Position numbers and translations under genes: made by a program. Positions 48,561 through 62,608 of a DNA stretch of 64,000 nt are shown here, piece by piece. Numbering within the stretch: position 1 is the first letter of the stretch; every line of letters begins with the position of its first letter. This DNA comes from Octopus vulgaris (lineage: Eukaryota): NCBI GenBank assembly GCA_951406725.2, contig OX597829.1, positions 45,570,001-45,634,000 on the forward strand. Direction: 5' to 3'. The notes below the pieces were generated by a model. That model searched no databases and had not been told where the DNA came from. It saw only the letters and a program-made list of their open reading frames with translations.

Positions 48561-50590
48561 TCATTAAGAGATGGAAGAATAAATTCAAGATCTATATATT
48601 TACTACATAAAAATATATTTTATTTAGTGGTTGATGATGATACATAGAATCAAAATACAGAATCTAGCTGAATGAAGTAATCTATGCAAAAAAGTTCAGG
48701 AATAGGAAATATAGAAATAAGAGCTAAGTGGTGGTTTTCAGTCATGTGGCATAGAAAAATAGACAGGCATAGCAATGGCGTGAATGGCTCTAAGTCTAAC
48801 CAGCTAAGAAGCGAAGAGCTGGGTTAGCAAGCTGTTTTTATTAATGGAACGCTAAGCATTCTAGAAACTTCCAAGAGAAATACCAAGCTTCTTGAATAAT
48901 TAAGAATTATGTCTCATGACATTGATGCTTCAAGAAGCTTAGAAAAGGGAGGTTACTCTATGATCTTTCTTGCAAGTGAGATCATTCAACTATCTAGCTA
49001 TGGCCTCATGCAAGTCCTGATACAGCAGATCTGGGATCTAGGAGCCTCATTATCCAATGTGTTTTTTGTCTAAGATATTAAGAGAGATTTGGTTTCTAAT
49101 TCTGGATGGTCAAGTGATCACTTAGAGGCTTAACTACACTTTGTATTGGAGTGCGCTGTCTTAAGACTTGGGGCTTCAAACATATAGGGCTTTAGGAGCT
49201 TTTAGCAGAATCTGTTTAGTTACAAGCATTCTGAATCCAGTCTCCAGTGTGTTTGATATCTTGATCTGATCAGATAGTTCTTACTAAACGAACCTGTGAA
49301 TCAAGTCTTTTTCCATCCCTTATCAGACACTGAGGCCCTTTAAAGTTAATGAATTTTCTGTCTTCCTGCTAAGCGTGTCAGAAAACAATTAACAAAATGA
49401 AGCTGGAAAGGAATAAATAATGTATGGAGGGAGATTTCAGTTCTTTACTGGGAAGTTTGAGTTTGCTCCTTGATGCATCATACATAATTTTGTCTACATC
49501 CACCATGTTTGCCTTCAGGCTGTAAAGGCTTTATATGGTTCTTTTGCTGTTTCTGTTATAAGCTAGTTTTTATAAGAAGTGATTACCACCCTTTAGTTCA
49601 CTGCCTCCCACATCATTTATCTAATTTTACGATGGCTGGCATCCCTTTCTACATAAAAACAACAAGATTGGAAGAAGACAGTTCTGAAAGAAGGGGAGAT
49701 GAAACAGATGGTTCCACATCAGTGTTTAACTGGCACTTTAGTTAATTTATTCCAAAACAATGAAAGGTGATGTTGACCCTGGTATGATTTAGACTCAAAA
49801 TGCAATGAACTGGACCAAATATTACAAAGAATTGTTCTGGTGCTGTAAAAATTCTATGAATCCACTGTTTTATTATCATCATCATCATCATTTGCTTTTT
49901 AAGCATGAGGGTTTTTAAAATTATATATTAGAGTGGTAAGAGACTCACAAGAGAGCTGAACAGTAGAAAGTCTTCAGAGTTGAAACCCCTCCTTAGGCAA
50001 GTGTTTTGGCCATTCTTACACTCTCGTAGTGTAAGACGTTAAGGAACGTAATACTTACCTTATATTTCATAGAATCATTAGCATCTTCTTTTTGATATAA
50101 AATTATTATTTTTGACTTGGAATAATTATAAAATAGAGTAGAAATATGAAAAAAATAGAACATTAATACTTTATGTTATCAATAGTTCTCTACCTGAAGG
50201 TTACAAACTTTAGTAGATTATACAAAAAGCAGCAGAATGGTCTTAAAGTGCTTTATTGTAATTATTTCATTGTTTCACCACCCTGCAGGACTCCTTCAAT
50301 TTCATTTCTTTCTGATACCATGTATTTCTTGATCTTCCCTTTTTTTTCCACTTCCTTGCAAATTAATTTCTGACATTCCTCTTACCCGATCACTTTAATT
50401 CTTCCTCAGCACATGACCCAGCTAGTTCATCCCATTTCTCTTCATGACATTTATCACAGCCTTTGTTGCCTTTATTTTTTACAGTTCATTGATTGTCTTT
50501 CTCTCTCTCTCTCTCTTCATGTTATATAAGCATGGGATATGATTTTTATTTCTTTTATTTATGCCTTGGGATCACAAATTTATAAATGAA

Positions 50591-50976
50591 CTAGCAGTAT
50601 CATCCGGCGTTGCTAGGGTTTGTTTCGACCCTTTAGAATTGAAATTTTTGAAAAGTAAAAATTTTGCATTATGTAGCTTGTTATTCTTTTTAATTGACCA
50701 TTTTTTCTGGTTGAAATACACCGAAAAATGGCAACACAGCAGTCAAAAAATCGTAAAAAATAGGGATTTTCATAGAAAAATAGCACCTTTTTGATGTAAA
50801 TAATTTTTGGTGTTAACATGGTCCAATTTGAATTTTTTCTTCTACGGAAGGAAAAGCAAGCCTTCTTCTATCATACTCTCAATTTTGGTCAACTTGTGCC
50901 GCAGGGTCTCGAAGGAGATAGTGTTAGTTGAAGGCTACCAAGCACAGATAACTTCAGCTTTATATATATATAGGGA
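50591..50976 (-). mobile_element. non-autonomous Helitron family H2
   Basis: Reverse TC...CTAG ends; homologous to 53664-54066. Confidence 0.85.
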
Positions 50977-51634
50977 TTATTACTTTTCTCAAATACATTG
51001 ATGACAAAACTGAAAAAATTTGGTTTTAGGTAATATTGAAAAGAAAGGAAAGAAAACATGATAAAATCATGTAAAAAAAAAAAGAAAAAAGCTTGACTAA
51101 CTGTGAGATTAGATCTAGATATCTCCTCCCACTCATTTCTGACGTATATGATTTGAACGTGACCAATATCCATTGGGCAACATCAGTCCCAGATATTTCA
51201 GGTATATGTGTGTGTGTGATATATATATAGCTTTCACTCTTTCTAGCATATATACACACACACACACACACACACTTATCTATCTATCTATCTATCTTCT
51301 ATCTATATATATATTATGGGTGTGTATGTGTCAGTAGGTATTTAAAATGAACAACAGCACCAATAGCAAAATATAAATGAAGAGAAATTTAAATTGAATA
51401 AAGAAAAAAAACAACAAAAATATAGAAATAGAATAAAATAAAATAAAATAGACATGTATGATGACAAACCGGTTTGTCGAGAAAGCCAGTCATTATATTT
51501 TGGCATATTGTCAAATAATTGTAATAGGTTTTTTTCTGAATAGGTGCGTGAATATGCACCTAAAACTGTCAAATTTATGCATATCTATCTGTTTATTTCT
51601 CTTGCTCTCTCTCTCTCTCTCTCTTTCTCACTAG

Positions 51635-51690
<56 letters not shown>

Positions 51691-51756
51691 GTCAGTCTGT
51701 CTGTCTGCCTCTTTTTCCCCCTCTCTCGCACACACACACATACACACGCATAATAT

Positions 51757-51962
51757 TTTATTCTTTTACACGTTTCAGTCATTTGGGTGTGGCCATGCTG
51801 GAGCACAGCCTTTTAGTCGAACAAATCGACCCCGGGACTTATTCTTTGTAAGCCTAGTACTTATCCTATCGGTCTCTTTTGCCAAACCCCTAAGTTATGG
51901 GGACGTGAATATATCAACATCGGTTGCCAAGCAATGGTGGGGGCACAAACACAGACATACAA

Positions 51963-52012
<50 letters not shown>

Positions 52013-52177
52013 TATATATATGATGGCCTTCTTTCAGTTTCCATCTACCAAATCCACTCACAAGGCTTTGGTCGGCCTGAGGCTGTAGTAGGAGACACTT
52101 GCCCAAGGCGTCATGCAGTGGGACTGAACCCAGAACCATGTGGTTGGGTAGCATGCTTCTTACCACGCAGCCACTCC

Positions 52178-52178
<1 letters not shown>
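51757..52178 (-). mobile_element. SINE family A
   Basis: Homology to other copies. Confidence 0.88.
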
Positions 52179-52214
<36 letters not shown>

Positions 52215-52380
52215 ATACACACACACACAGAATAATCCTTTCATGTAGGAGTTAATTTGTTCCAGAAAAATGCTCATAAAGCAAAAACTTTGTCAACAGA
52301 AAATAAAACTCATAAAAGGTCTGGGTCTCATAAAACAGTTCCTTGTAAAGTGAAGTATCATTGTATGTATATATATATAT

Positions 52381-52519
52381 ATTTCTTTACTACCCACAAG
52401 GTGCTAAACACAGAGGGGACAAACAAGGACAGACAAAGGGACTCAGTCGATTACATCGACCCCAGCGTGTAACTGGTACTTAATTTATCGACCCTGAAAG
52501 GATGAAAGGCAAAGTCGAC
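52381..52519 (-). mobile_element. SINE family B, 5'-truncated
   Basis: Homology to other copies. Confidence 0.88.
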
Positions 52520-52522
52520 AAA

Positions 52523-52570
<48 letters not shown>

Positions 52571-53104
52571 GTCTGGTCTATGTGTATGTCTGTCTTTCTG
52601 TCTCTCTCCCTTTTCTCTCTCTATCTATCTGTCTATCTATCTATTCCCCCTTTCTTCCTTCTTTCCTTCCTTAACTCTAGATAAGGTATGTGTGGGTGAA
52701 ACAAACAAACCGACCGATAAATAGGCAAATAATCATATAGACAGACAAATAACTAGCTGCTTGGCTCATTATTTCTTTTTCTGTATGGTTATTTAATATA
52801 TCTAGGTACCTCTATCACTCTCTATGTCTTTCTCTGTCTTTCTTTCTCTCTGGATTTCTTTGCTTCTCTCTCTCTCTCTGTAGGTGTTTATACATTTATA
52901 TTTTCAAACGAAGCAAAAATATTGTAACACAAATAGTATTCATATATACACAATACAATCAGTATTCATGTATTCATAATTGCTCATGTATTCACTTATC
53001 TCTAACTGTTTAAAAATTCTTCACCCAAACATACAAACCTACCTCAAACTTATGTCACCTTCAGTCAATATTTCCATTGGTCCACCATTTAGCTTGCCTA
53101 TTTG

Positions 53105-53583
53105 TTTAACTCTTTTGCATTTAAACCGGTCATATCCAGCCAAAATATTCTACCTGTTTTATGTTCAAACCAGCCAGATCTGGCCTTTCGCACTTACCCT
53201 ACAATGTCATTCTAAAATAATAAAATGTCATATCATCACAAACTGGAAGCTGTGAGATAAAACAATGTGAATAAATAAGCATTACAATTTAATGCTGAGA
53301 GTTTAAGATAGTTTGATTCTAGTCTGCTAGGGATTATCTCTGTTCTCCACTGCAAACATCTATTTTAACCCTTTGCCATTTAAACCAGCCCAAATATCCT
53401 ACCTGTTTCATATTCAAATCAGCTAGATCCAGCTACTTACACCGAGCCAACAATGTCATTCTAAAAATGTACAATCGCATCTTCAAAATCTCAGAGTTAA
53501 AAAGATAATCCTTGATTAATTCAAAACAATGTGAATAAACGGGCAGAACATTTGGCAGAGTAATCTGAATGCTAAAAGGCTAA
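53105..53583. mobile_element. two piggyBac-like MITEs family P2
   Basis: TTAA-C(C/T)CTTT starts at 53105 and about 53365; further inverted copies at about 56672-57450. Confidence 0.7.
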
Positions 53584-53663
53584 AGCAATTCATATTTTAA
53601 ATTAAAATCTTCCATCATAAATATATGCAATATCCTTTTATTAAATTATGTTCTTAATGCTAA

Positions 53664-54066
53664 TCTGTATATATAAAGCTGAAGTTGTCTGTGTGTCTGT
53701 GGCAGGTTTGGTAAGCCTTCAACTAACACTATCTCCTCTGAGACCTTGCGGCACAAGTTGACCAAAATTGAGAGTATGATAGAAGAAGGCTTGCTCTTCA
53801 TTCTGTAAAAGAAAAAATTCAAATCAGACCATATTAACACCAAAAATTATTTACATAAAAAACGGTGCTTTTTCTTCTATGAAAATCCCTATTTTTTACG
53901 ATTTTTTGACTGCTGTGTCACCATTTTTCCTTGTATTTCAACCAGAAAAATATTCACTTAAAGAGAATAACAAGCTACATAATTCAAATTTTTTACTTTT
54001 CAAAAATTCCAATTCTAAAGGGTCAAAAAGAAAACTAACCCGAGCAACGCCAGGCTATACTGCTAG
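53664..54066 (+). mobile_element. non-autonomous Helitron family H2
   Basis: A|TC...CTAG|T ends, hairpin CCCGAGCAACGCCAGG. Confidence 0.88.
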
Positions 54067-54106
54067 TTTTATATATAAATGAGTACCAGCAAGGGAGCAT
54101 TTATGT

Positions 54107-54250
54107 CAGGCCTGTGGAGTTAAAACAAAAAACTTTGACTCTGACTCCAACTCCTTTATGTAATTAAGTGATTGTGGTCTATTTTACTGACTCTGACTCT
54201 TTCTTAATTGTTTCCGACTCTGACTCCATCTCTCCAACTCAGCAGCCCTG
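54107..54250. mobile_element. hAT MITE
   Basis: TIR CAGGCCTG / CAGCCCTG, internal GACTC(C/T) repeats, 8-bp TSD ATTTATGT / GTTTATGT. Confidence 0.75.
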
Positions 54251-55277
54251 GTTTATGTCATTACTTGCATGTTGTGGCTAAGATTCCTTCAAGCCATATC
54301 CTACTATCCTGATAAAAGAAAGGATAATTTGAATAATGTAATCTCAGGTGCTATGCCTATAAAGTATGGGGATGTGATTATTGTTAGAACTGTTGACTGT
54401 ATAATCCTATATGACACTTGTCCTCTCATGGCTGACCTGTTGTCCACAGTTTGGTACCCTTAACAGATTGGTTCTAGAAAGCAGGCAAAGAAATGTGCTT
54501 GGCCTGGTGGCATTTGTGGAGATGAGGGTTCATGCAGATCAGTGATGGGATTGATACAAGGACACACATACACATACTCCCTCCCTGGCACATTGTCCAT
54601 TGCTGGTGATCTGACGGGGAAGGGGAAATGACAGCAAGATGCCAGTAGGCAGACAAAAGCTGTGAAGATTCAGCTCAGTGGTGAGATGGTGGACATGGAC
54701 TTGGTCTGTATGTCCATTTGATCATAGTTTGGCTCAATCAGGTTTGACCTTGGGCTAAACTGCAATCAGTTAATGATAGTTATTTTACTAAATATAACTA
54801 AATTTTTTTTCTATTTTTTAAAAAAGAAAAAGAATTAATATAAACACAGTGAGCGTTGCAATTAATTCCAAATTAATTAATTCTGAAATTAACACAATAT
54901 AGGATGATCAGGATGATCATGAAAAGACAAGGTATCTTTAATCTTTAACTTGTTTCAGTTATTGGTTGACGGCCATGCTGTAGCATCACGTTGAAGGGTT
55001 TTTTTTAATAAACCAACCTCTGAACTTATTTTAAAGTCTGGTACACACAGATATGCATGCGCACGTATACACACACTCACACAGAGAGCTTCTTTAAGTT
55101 TCCATTTATCAATTGCACTCACAAGACTTTGGTCAGCGCTGAGGTATAGTGGAAGTCACTTGTGCAAAGTGCCAAGCAGTGGGACTTGAACCTACAAGCA
55201 TTCTATTGGGAAGTAAACTTCTTTCACCAAAGCAAGTCCTACTGCAGAATATGATAATTATCATTTAGAAGATTATA

Positions 55278-55670
55278 GGCACAGGTGTAGCTCTGTGGTA
55301 AGTAACCTGCTTACCAGCCACATGGTTCCGGGTTCAATTCCACTGTGTGGCACCTTGGGCAAGTGTCTTCTTCTATAGCCTCGGGTTGACCAAAGCCTTG
55401 TGAGTGGATTTGGCAGACAGAAACTGAAAGAAGCCCGTCATATATATATAAATATGTATATGTGTGTCAGTGTTTGTCCCCCCACCCCCCCAACATTGTT
55501 TGACGAGTGATGCTGATGTGTTTATATCACTGCAACTTAGTGGTTCAGCAAAAGAGACTGATAGAATAAGTACTAGGCTCACAAAGAATAAGTCCTTGGG
55601 TTGATTTGCTTGACTAACGGTAGTGCTCAATCATGGCTGCAGTCAAAATGACTGAAACAAATACAAGAAT
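55278..55670 (+). mobile_element. SINE family A
   Basis: Homology to other copies. Confidence 0.88.
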
Positions 55671-55936
55671 AGTTTGCTTGACGAAGCATTGTAGAATACA
55701 TACAAAATCAGTCAGATATAGAAAGAGATCGCAATACAAATACAACATTAAAATAGCGTAGTTATTGAAATGTTACCTTACAAATATTTAATTAATTCTT
55801 AATTCAGACTAATTAGATATTCTTAAGGTAACATGGCAATGTCTCTGTTTTTGTTATCAGTTATTGTTTTTGAGATTTAATGTTCTGCTTTCATGGTTGT
55901 TTTTATTTAAAGCATACTAATTTCTACAATCAGTAA

Positions 55937-56623
55937 CCCTTTCGTTACCAACCCAGCTGAAACCAGCTCTGCTCTGAGTACAAATGTCTTGTTTTCAAAA
56001 GTTCTGAATTAAAATCTTTCACCAAACCTTAGTCACAATTTATGCTCCTAACACTAGCTTAATGATAACTAAGTTATTTTACTGAATTCTTTGTTATATT
56101 TAAAGTAATTGAAAGAAATGCAGAGTATCTCAACAGAAATATGAAAGCAAAAGGGTTAAATATATAATAGAAAAACAATTCTTAACCCTTTCGGCTGAAA
56201 CCACTTCTGGCTCTGTAATACAAATGTCTTGTTTTCATAAAATCTTCCACCAAACCTTAGTCACAATTTATGTTCCTAACACTAGCTTAATGATAACTAA
56301 GTTATTTTACTAAATTCCTTGTTATATTTAAAGTAATTGAAAGAAACACAGAGCATCTCAACAGAAATATGGTAACAAAAGGGTTAACAAATGATTAACC
56401 CTTTCGTTACCAACCCAGCTGAAACCGGCTTTGGCTCTGTAGTACAAATGTCTTGTTTTCATAAGTTCTTCTGAATTAAAATCTTCCATCAAACTTTAGT
56501 CACAATTTATGTTCCTAACACTAGCTTAATCAAAACTAAGTTATTTTACTAAATTCTTTGTTATATTTAGAATGAATTGAAACAAATACAGAGCATCTCA
56601 AAATAAATACACTAACGAAAGGG
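55937..56623. mobile_element. three adjacent piggyBac-like MITEs family P1 (55937-56155, 56186-56383, 56399-56623)
   Basis: TTAA|CCCTTT...AAAGGG|TTAA ends (the first left flank is GTAA). Confidence 0.88.
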
Positions 56624-56705
56624 TTAATGAATTGTCCTGTAGTTCTCTGTACTTTTGAAGATGAGTGGAATAAACCCTTTAGCATTCAGATTACCCTGTT
56701 GCGAT

Positions 56706-57039
56706 CCCTTTCGGTCATGAATGACCGTGGGATTGCACCTAGAAAGTTCCCATTCCATAATACAAGCCTAGGTAAAGTTGTTTATGGAAGACCAGCAATC
56801 GCCCATGCATACCAGCCACCCCTCTCCATGCCACCAGTGTTATCCAAGGGAAAGGCAAAGGGGCCGATACAGCTTGGCACCTGTGACGTCGCAACTCATT
56901 TCTACAGCTGAGTGAACTGGAGCAATGTGAAATAAAGTGTCTTGCTCAAGAACACAACACGCAGCCCGGTCCGGGATTCAAACTCACTACCTCACGATCA
57001 TAAGCTCGACGCTCTAACCACTGAGCCATGCACCTTCAC
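56706..57039 (-). mobile_element. SINE family E nested in a P2 MITE
   Basis: Homologous to 22036-22365. Confidence 0.88.
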
Positions 57040-57625
57040 AATGTAATACCTATTCATTCACATTGTTTTGAATTAATCGTGCATTATCTCACAGCTCTGG
57101 AATTTCAATGATGCGATAGTTTATTTTTGCTATGACATTGTAGGGTAGGTACAAGATACTGGATCTATCCTCTTTGAACATAACAGAATAATAGATCGGG
57201 AAGAATATATGGGTCAGATATAGCTGGTTTAATTCTTTAGCATTCAGATTACTCTGACAAATGTATTGCTTACTTATTCACATTGTTTTGAATTAATCAT
57301 GCATTATCTCATCGCTTCAAGATTTCAACAACGTGATTGTTTAGTTTTAGAATGGCATTTTATTGTGGGTGTGAGATCTAATCAGTTTTAACATAAAGCT
57401 GGGTAGAATATTTGGACTGGATATGGCTGGTGTAAATACTAAAGGGCTGAAATGGTTTCCATCCCCTACTTGAAAAACAGTAAATGGTTAGCTTTATTTA
57501 TTCACAACATCTGGTTATAAGATAATGCCACAATTACAAGTATTCATTAAAAAAAAACATACCAACAAAAGAAAACACTGGTAAAAATGAATGAACAAAT
57601 GATTTATTCATTAAATGGAACAATA

Positions 57626-58047
57626 GGTGCAGGAGTGGCTGTGTGGTAAGTAGCTTGCTTACCAACCACATGGTTCCGGGTTCAGTCCCACTGCGTGGCA
57701 TCTTGGGCAAATGTCTTCTGCTATAGCCGCAGGCCGACCAAAGCCTTGTGAGTGGATTTGGTAGACGGAAACTGAAAGAAGCCCATCGTATATATGTATA
57801 TATATATATGTATGTGTGTGTGCGTGTATGTTTGTGTGTCTGTGTTTGTCCCACTAGCATTGCTTGACAACCGATGCTGGTGTGTTTACGTCCCCGTCAC
57901 TTAGCGGTTCGGCAAAAGAGACTGGTAGAATAAATACTAGGTTTCAAAGAATAAGTCCCGGGGTCGATTTGCTCGACTAAAGGCGGTGCTCCAGCATGGC
58001 CGCAGTCAAATGACTGAAACAAGTAAAAGAGTAAAAGAGAAAAGAGA
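57626..58047 (+). mobile_element. SINE family A, full length
   Basis: A/B boxes and tail. Confidence 0.93.
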
Positions 58048-58415
58048 ATAGTTTTGTTACCTTAATAATTAAGGTCCGGTTCCAGTTTTTATTTCTTGTA
58101 TTTTTTTAAAAGTATAATTTTATTATTTTCATGATGCAATATTTGGGAATCACTCACATCGAGGTGGCTTATATTTCTCAATATATCATGAACTGGAATT
58201 TCTGGTAAAAATATACATGGCTAACAATGGTGCAGAATCAAGTCATTGATATTACTATGTTTCATTCAGTTCTTTAGTATTTGAAACCTGCCAAAGCTGA
58301 CTCAGCTTCTCATACAGCTGGAGTTGATAAAATATCACTATCAGAATTATTGACATTTTCCATTGTAATTTGCCCTAGTATTGTTTTCTCATTCATTTCC
58401 TTTGCGGCAGACAAA

Positions 58416-58448
<33 letters not shown>

Positions 58449-58483
58449 CTAATAATAATAATTATTATTATTATCATTATGAA

Positions 58484-59412
58484 GGTAGTGAGCTGGCAGA
58501 ATCATTACTGTGCTGGACAAAATTCTTTGCAGCATTTCATCTGTCTTTTTGTTCTTAGTTCAAATTCCACAGAAGTCCACTGTGCCTTTCATCCTTTCGT
58601 GGAAGAATCGTTAGCACGCCGGGCGAAATGCTTAGCGGTATTTCGTCTGCCGCTACGTTCTGAGTTCAAATTCCGCCGAGGTCGACTTTGCCTTTCATCC
58701 TTTCGGTCGTTAAGAATCGTTAGCACGCTGGGCGAAATGCTTAGCGGTATTTCGTCTGCCGCTACGTTCTGAGTTCAAATTTCGCCGAGGTCGACTTTGC
58801 CTTTCATCCTTTCGGGGTCGATTAAATAAGTACCAGTTACGCACTGGGGTCGATGTAATCGACTTAATCCGTTTGTCTGTCCTTGTTTGTCCTCCCTGTG
58901 TTTAGCCCCTTTTGGGTAGTAATGAAATAGGTATTTCGTCTGCCGCTACGTTCTGAGTTCAAATTCTGCCGAGGTCGAATTTGCCTTTCATCCTTTCGGG
59001 GTCGATTAAATAAGTACCAGTTACGCACTGGGGTCAATATAATCGACTTAATCCGTTTGTCTGTCCTTGTTTGTCCTCTCTGTGTTTAGCCCCTTTTGGG
59101 TAGTAAAGAAATAGGTATTGAGAAAATAAATATCAAGTCTAGCACTTGGATCGATGTAATCAACCTGCACCTCCCCATCAAAATTTCAGACCTTGTGCCT
59201 ATAGTAGAAAGAGCTGGTAGAATTGTTAGCATGCCAAGCAAAATGCTTAGCGGTATTTCATCTGTCTTTACGTTCTGAGTTCAAACTCCACCGAGGTTGA
59301 TTTTGCTTTTCATCCTTTTGGGGATGATGAAATAAGCACCAGTAATGCACTGGGGTCGATGTAATTGACTAGCTCCCTCCTCCAAAATCTGAGGCCTTGA
59401 GCCTAAATTAGG

Positions 59413-59415
<3 letters not shown>
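58484..59415 (+). mobile_element. SINE family B tandem array plus variant copies
   Basis: Repeated AGAATCGTTAGCACGC.GGGCGAAATGCTTAGCGG heads and bodies. Confidence 0.88.
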
Positions 59416-59443
<28 letters not shown>

Positions 59444-59462
59444 TCATCATCATCATCATCAT

Positions 59463-59778
59463 TCAGTATTCTTATTTTCATCACATGCTTTCACTGCGCT
59501 ACTGAGCACAGCCCTGTATACCTTGGGTATGTGCTGTGGATTGTTGTGATACTCTTATTTTCACTGTGTTGAAAGTGCATTACATCGGATGTGCACTGTG
59601 CCTAGTAGCGCTACTTTCTGTATGGTATACATGTTCAAAAATCCCAATATTTTGGTTATGTATTTGTCTAAATGTTTTTTTAATCATACCTAATGCACTC
59701 ATTATTATAGGGATTGTTTCTGTTTTTAGACTCCACATTCAGGTTACCTCTATTTCCAGATCTTTGTATTTTGAGAAT
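59463..59778 (-). pseudogene. R4/Dong-like LINE 3' end within (TAA)n/(TGA)n tracts
   Basis: FSKYKDLEIEVT*MWSLKTETIPIIMSALGMIKK...QKVALLGTVHI. Confidence 0.85.
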
Positions 59779-59787
59779 TATTATTAC

Positions 59788-59838
<51 letters not shown>

Positions 59839-60061
59839 TAAGGCATTGAGCTGGCAGAATCGTTAGCATACTGGATGAAATGCTTAGTAGTATTTTGCTC
59901 ATTGCTATGTTCTGAGTTCAAATTCCACCGAGGTCAACTTTGCCTTTCAGGGTTGATAAATTAAGTACCAGTGAAACTCTGGGGGTCAATGTAATTAACT
60001 AGTCCTCTTCTCACCAAATTTCAGGCCTTGTGCATTTAGTAGAAAGGATTATTATTATTAT

Positions 60062-60428
60062 TATTACCTCTGCCTTCGCTAAGGCGGAGGTATTGTTTCA
60101 GTCGTGTTTGTTTGTTTGTTTGTCTGTGGACAAAATATCTCAAGCACCGTTGGTTGGATTCAGATGAAACTTTCAGGGATGTCGGGCCTTGTGACTGGCA
60201 CAAACTGATTAGATTTTGGTATTGATCTGGTACCGGACAAGGTTTCTGGATTATTTTTCCTGTTTTTTACTTAATTTTTGAAAGCGGTCGGATTTACATT
60301 TAGTATTCTCATTTATGAGAGCAGTCGAGTTTATTTCAGATATTCTCATTTTAAAATCATCTCTGGCTAATCATTGAGTGGACATTGGTGTTGCCTTGGC
60401 AAAGGTTTGTGCTCTCTGAGTGCTCTTA
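60062..60428 (+). mobile_element. Helentron-associated non-autonomous element (HINE/DINE-1-like)
   Basis: 5' TACCTCTGCC...GGCGGAGGTA hairpin, (GTTT)n, 3' GGCAAAGGT subTIR and GCTCTCTGAGTGC hairpin; inserted in (ATT)n. Confidence 0.8.
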
Positions 60429-60431
60429 TTA

Positions 60432-60471
<40 letters not shown>

Positions 60472-61260
60472 GAGTAGTAGTTGGTTTAAAGTTTTACATT
60501 CTGTGCTCAAATCCTTTTGAAGTACATTTTCACTTTCAAGTTTCTGTTTATAAGATTAAATTAGTAGTTAAGTACTGAAATTTAATTAACTGCCCACACC
60601 TTCCCTCATAAGTCTAACCTTGTACTTATTTTCAAAATTTTTATATTTACACATACACACACATTTATATATACATTTTCATGCACTGATATATGCTCAA
60701 ATGCATACTCACACTGATGATTGCTGCTGAATGCTATAATGAACTTTTAAACAGAACTGAAAATGTGAAATATATGCTGCACTAGGCATGCCTCGGTGAT
60801 TAAGGGCTTCATCTCCCAAACACATGCTTTTGGTTTCAGTCTCAAGATTTATCACCTTAACCAGGTGCTTTGCAAGTGAATTGAAACTGTGTGGAGCCCC
60901 TCCCTCCCTCCCTCCCACACCTTCACACACATACATACCCTCAGGTGTGTGTGTGTGTGTATTTGTGTCCTTTGTATCTGATAATTTGTGTAAACTTGTC
61001 TGGCTATTTGGAAATATTACCTTGCTTGGAAAAAATCGAGAGTTGGTGACATGAAGGGCATCCGGCCAAAGAAATTATGCTTCTGTAAAAACTCTGTCTT
61101 ACCCGCACAAGCATGGGTGTGTATATCGTCATCATCATTTTGTCAATCCATGGAGAAGCAGGAAATGATGATAAAAGATTATGATGATGATCATATGCAC
61201 ATATACACACACACACACACAAAATATACATCCACTCACACACATAGACACACACCCACA

Positions 61261-61296
<36 letters not shown>

Positions 61297-61298
<2 letters not shown>

Positions 61299-61693
61299 TG
61301 CAAGAGTAGCTTGCTTACCAACCACATGGTCATGACTTCAGTCCCGCTGCATGGCACCTTGGGCAAGTATCTTCTACTATAGCCTCGGGCCGACCAAAGC
61401 CTTGTGAGCGGATTTGGTAGACAGAAACTGAAAGAAGCCCGTCGTATACATGTATATATATATGTATATATGTGTGCGTATATGTTTGTGTGTCTGTGTT
61501 TGTCCCCCCAACATCACTTGACAACCGATGCTGGTGTGTTTACGTCCCCATAGCTTAGCGGTTCGGCAGAAGAAACTGATAGAATAAGTACTAGGCTTAC
61601 AAAGAATAAGGCCTGGGGTCAATTTGCTCGACTAAAGGCGGTGCTCCAGCATGGCCACAGTCAAATGACTGAAACAAATAAAAGAGTAAAGAG
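61297..61693 (+). mobile_element. SINE family A
   Basis: Homology to other copies. Confidence 0.9.
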
Positions 61694-61719
61694 TTTAAAA
61701 TAGCAAAAACTAACGAATT

Positions 61720-62060
61720 GAACCAGCCAGGACCCCTGGACTGGTGGTACGTAAAAAGCACTATCCGACTCGTGGCCGATGCCAGCGCCGCCTCAACTAG
61801 CTTCCGTGCCGGTGGCACGTAAAATGCACCAATCCGACCGTGGCCGTTGCCAGGCCCGCCTGGCACCTGTGCAGGTAGCACGTAAAAAGCACCCACTACA
61901 CTCACGGAGTGGTTGGCGTTAGGAAGGGCATCCAGCTGTAGAAACATTGCCAGATAAGACTGGAGCCTGGTGCAGCCTTCTGGCTTCCCAGATCCCCGGT
62001 CGAACTGTCCAACCCATGCTAGCATGGAGAACGGATATTAAACGATGATGATGATGATGA
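61720..62060 (+). mobile_element. family C element, CpG-intact reference copy
   Basis: Three GG(T/C)ACGTAAAA(A/T)GCAC repeats, GGCGTTAGGAAGGGCATCC, (GAT)n tail. Confidence 0.88.
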
Positions 62061-62559
62061 TAACAAAAGAAAACAGAAAACAACAAAAGTGGCAGGCGAA
62101 TGAAAACACACACAAAATTTCCGTGTGTGGGTCTGGTCCTGTTATCTCAATTTTGTTTATATTATGAAGATGTATGCTCACTTGTTTATGGAAACAAAAT
62201 GAGCAAAAAGCCCTACAAGTCTAATAATCTGACTATGTATTTATATTTGTGTACATTTATGTTTCTTGTATGTATGTGTGTGGTATTACATATCTATGCT
62301 TGGTCTATGTAAATGAGTTTCTTTGGTGAGTGTAAGTGAATGAGGTTTGTGCTTATATATATATATATGTGTGTGTGTGTTTGCGTGAATGAGGGTTGTG
62401 TGTGTTTATCATTAAAATTATTAGCACCTAATATCATAAATTTTAAAACTGTTTCTTCTTCCAACTGTCCCTAATAAATGCCAGAGACGGGTTTAGCAAG
62501 TACAAACACTGACTTGTTTTGGATCATTGCTAAGCAAATTTGACATGACAATGACAACG

Positions 62560-62562
<3 letters not shown>

Positions 62563-62608
<46 letters not shown>

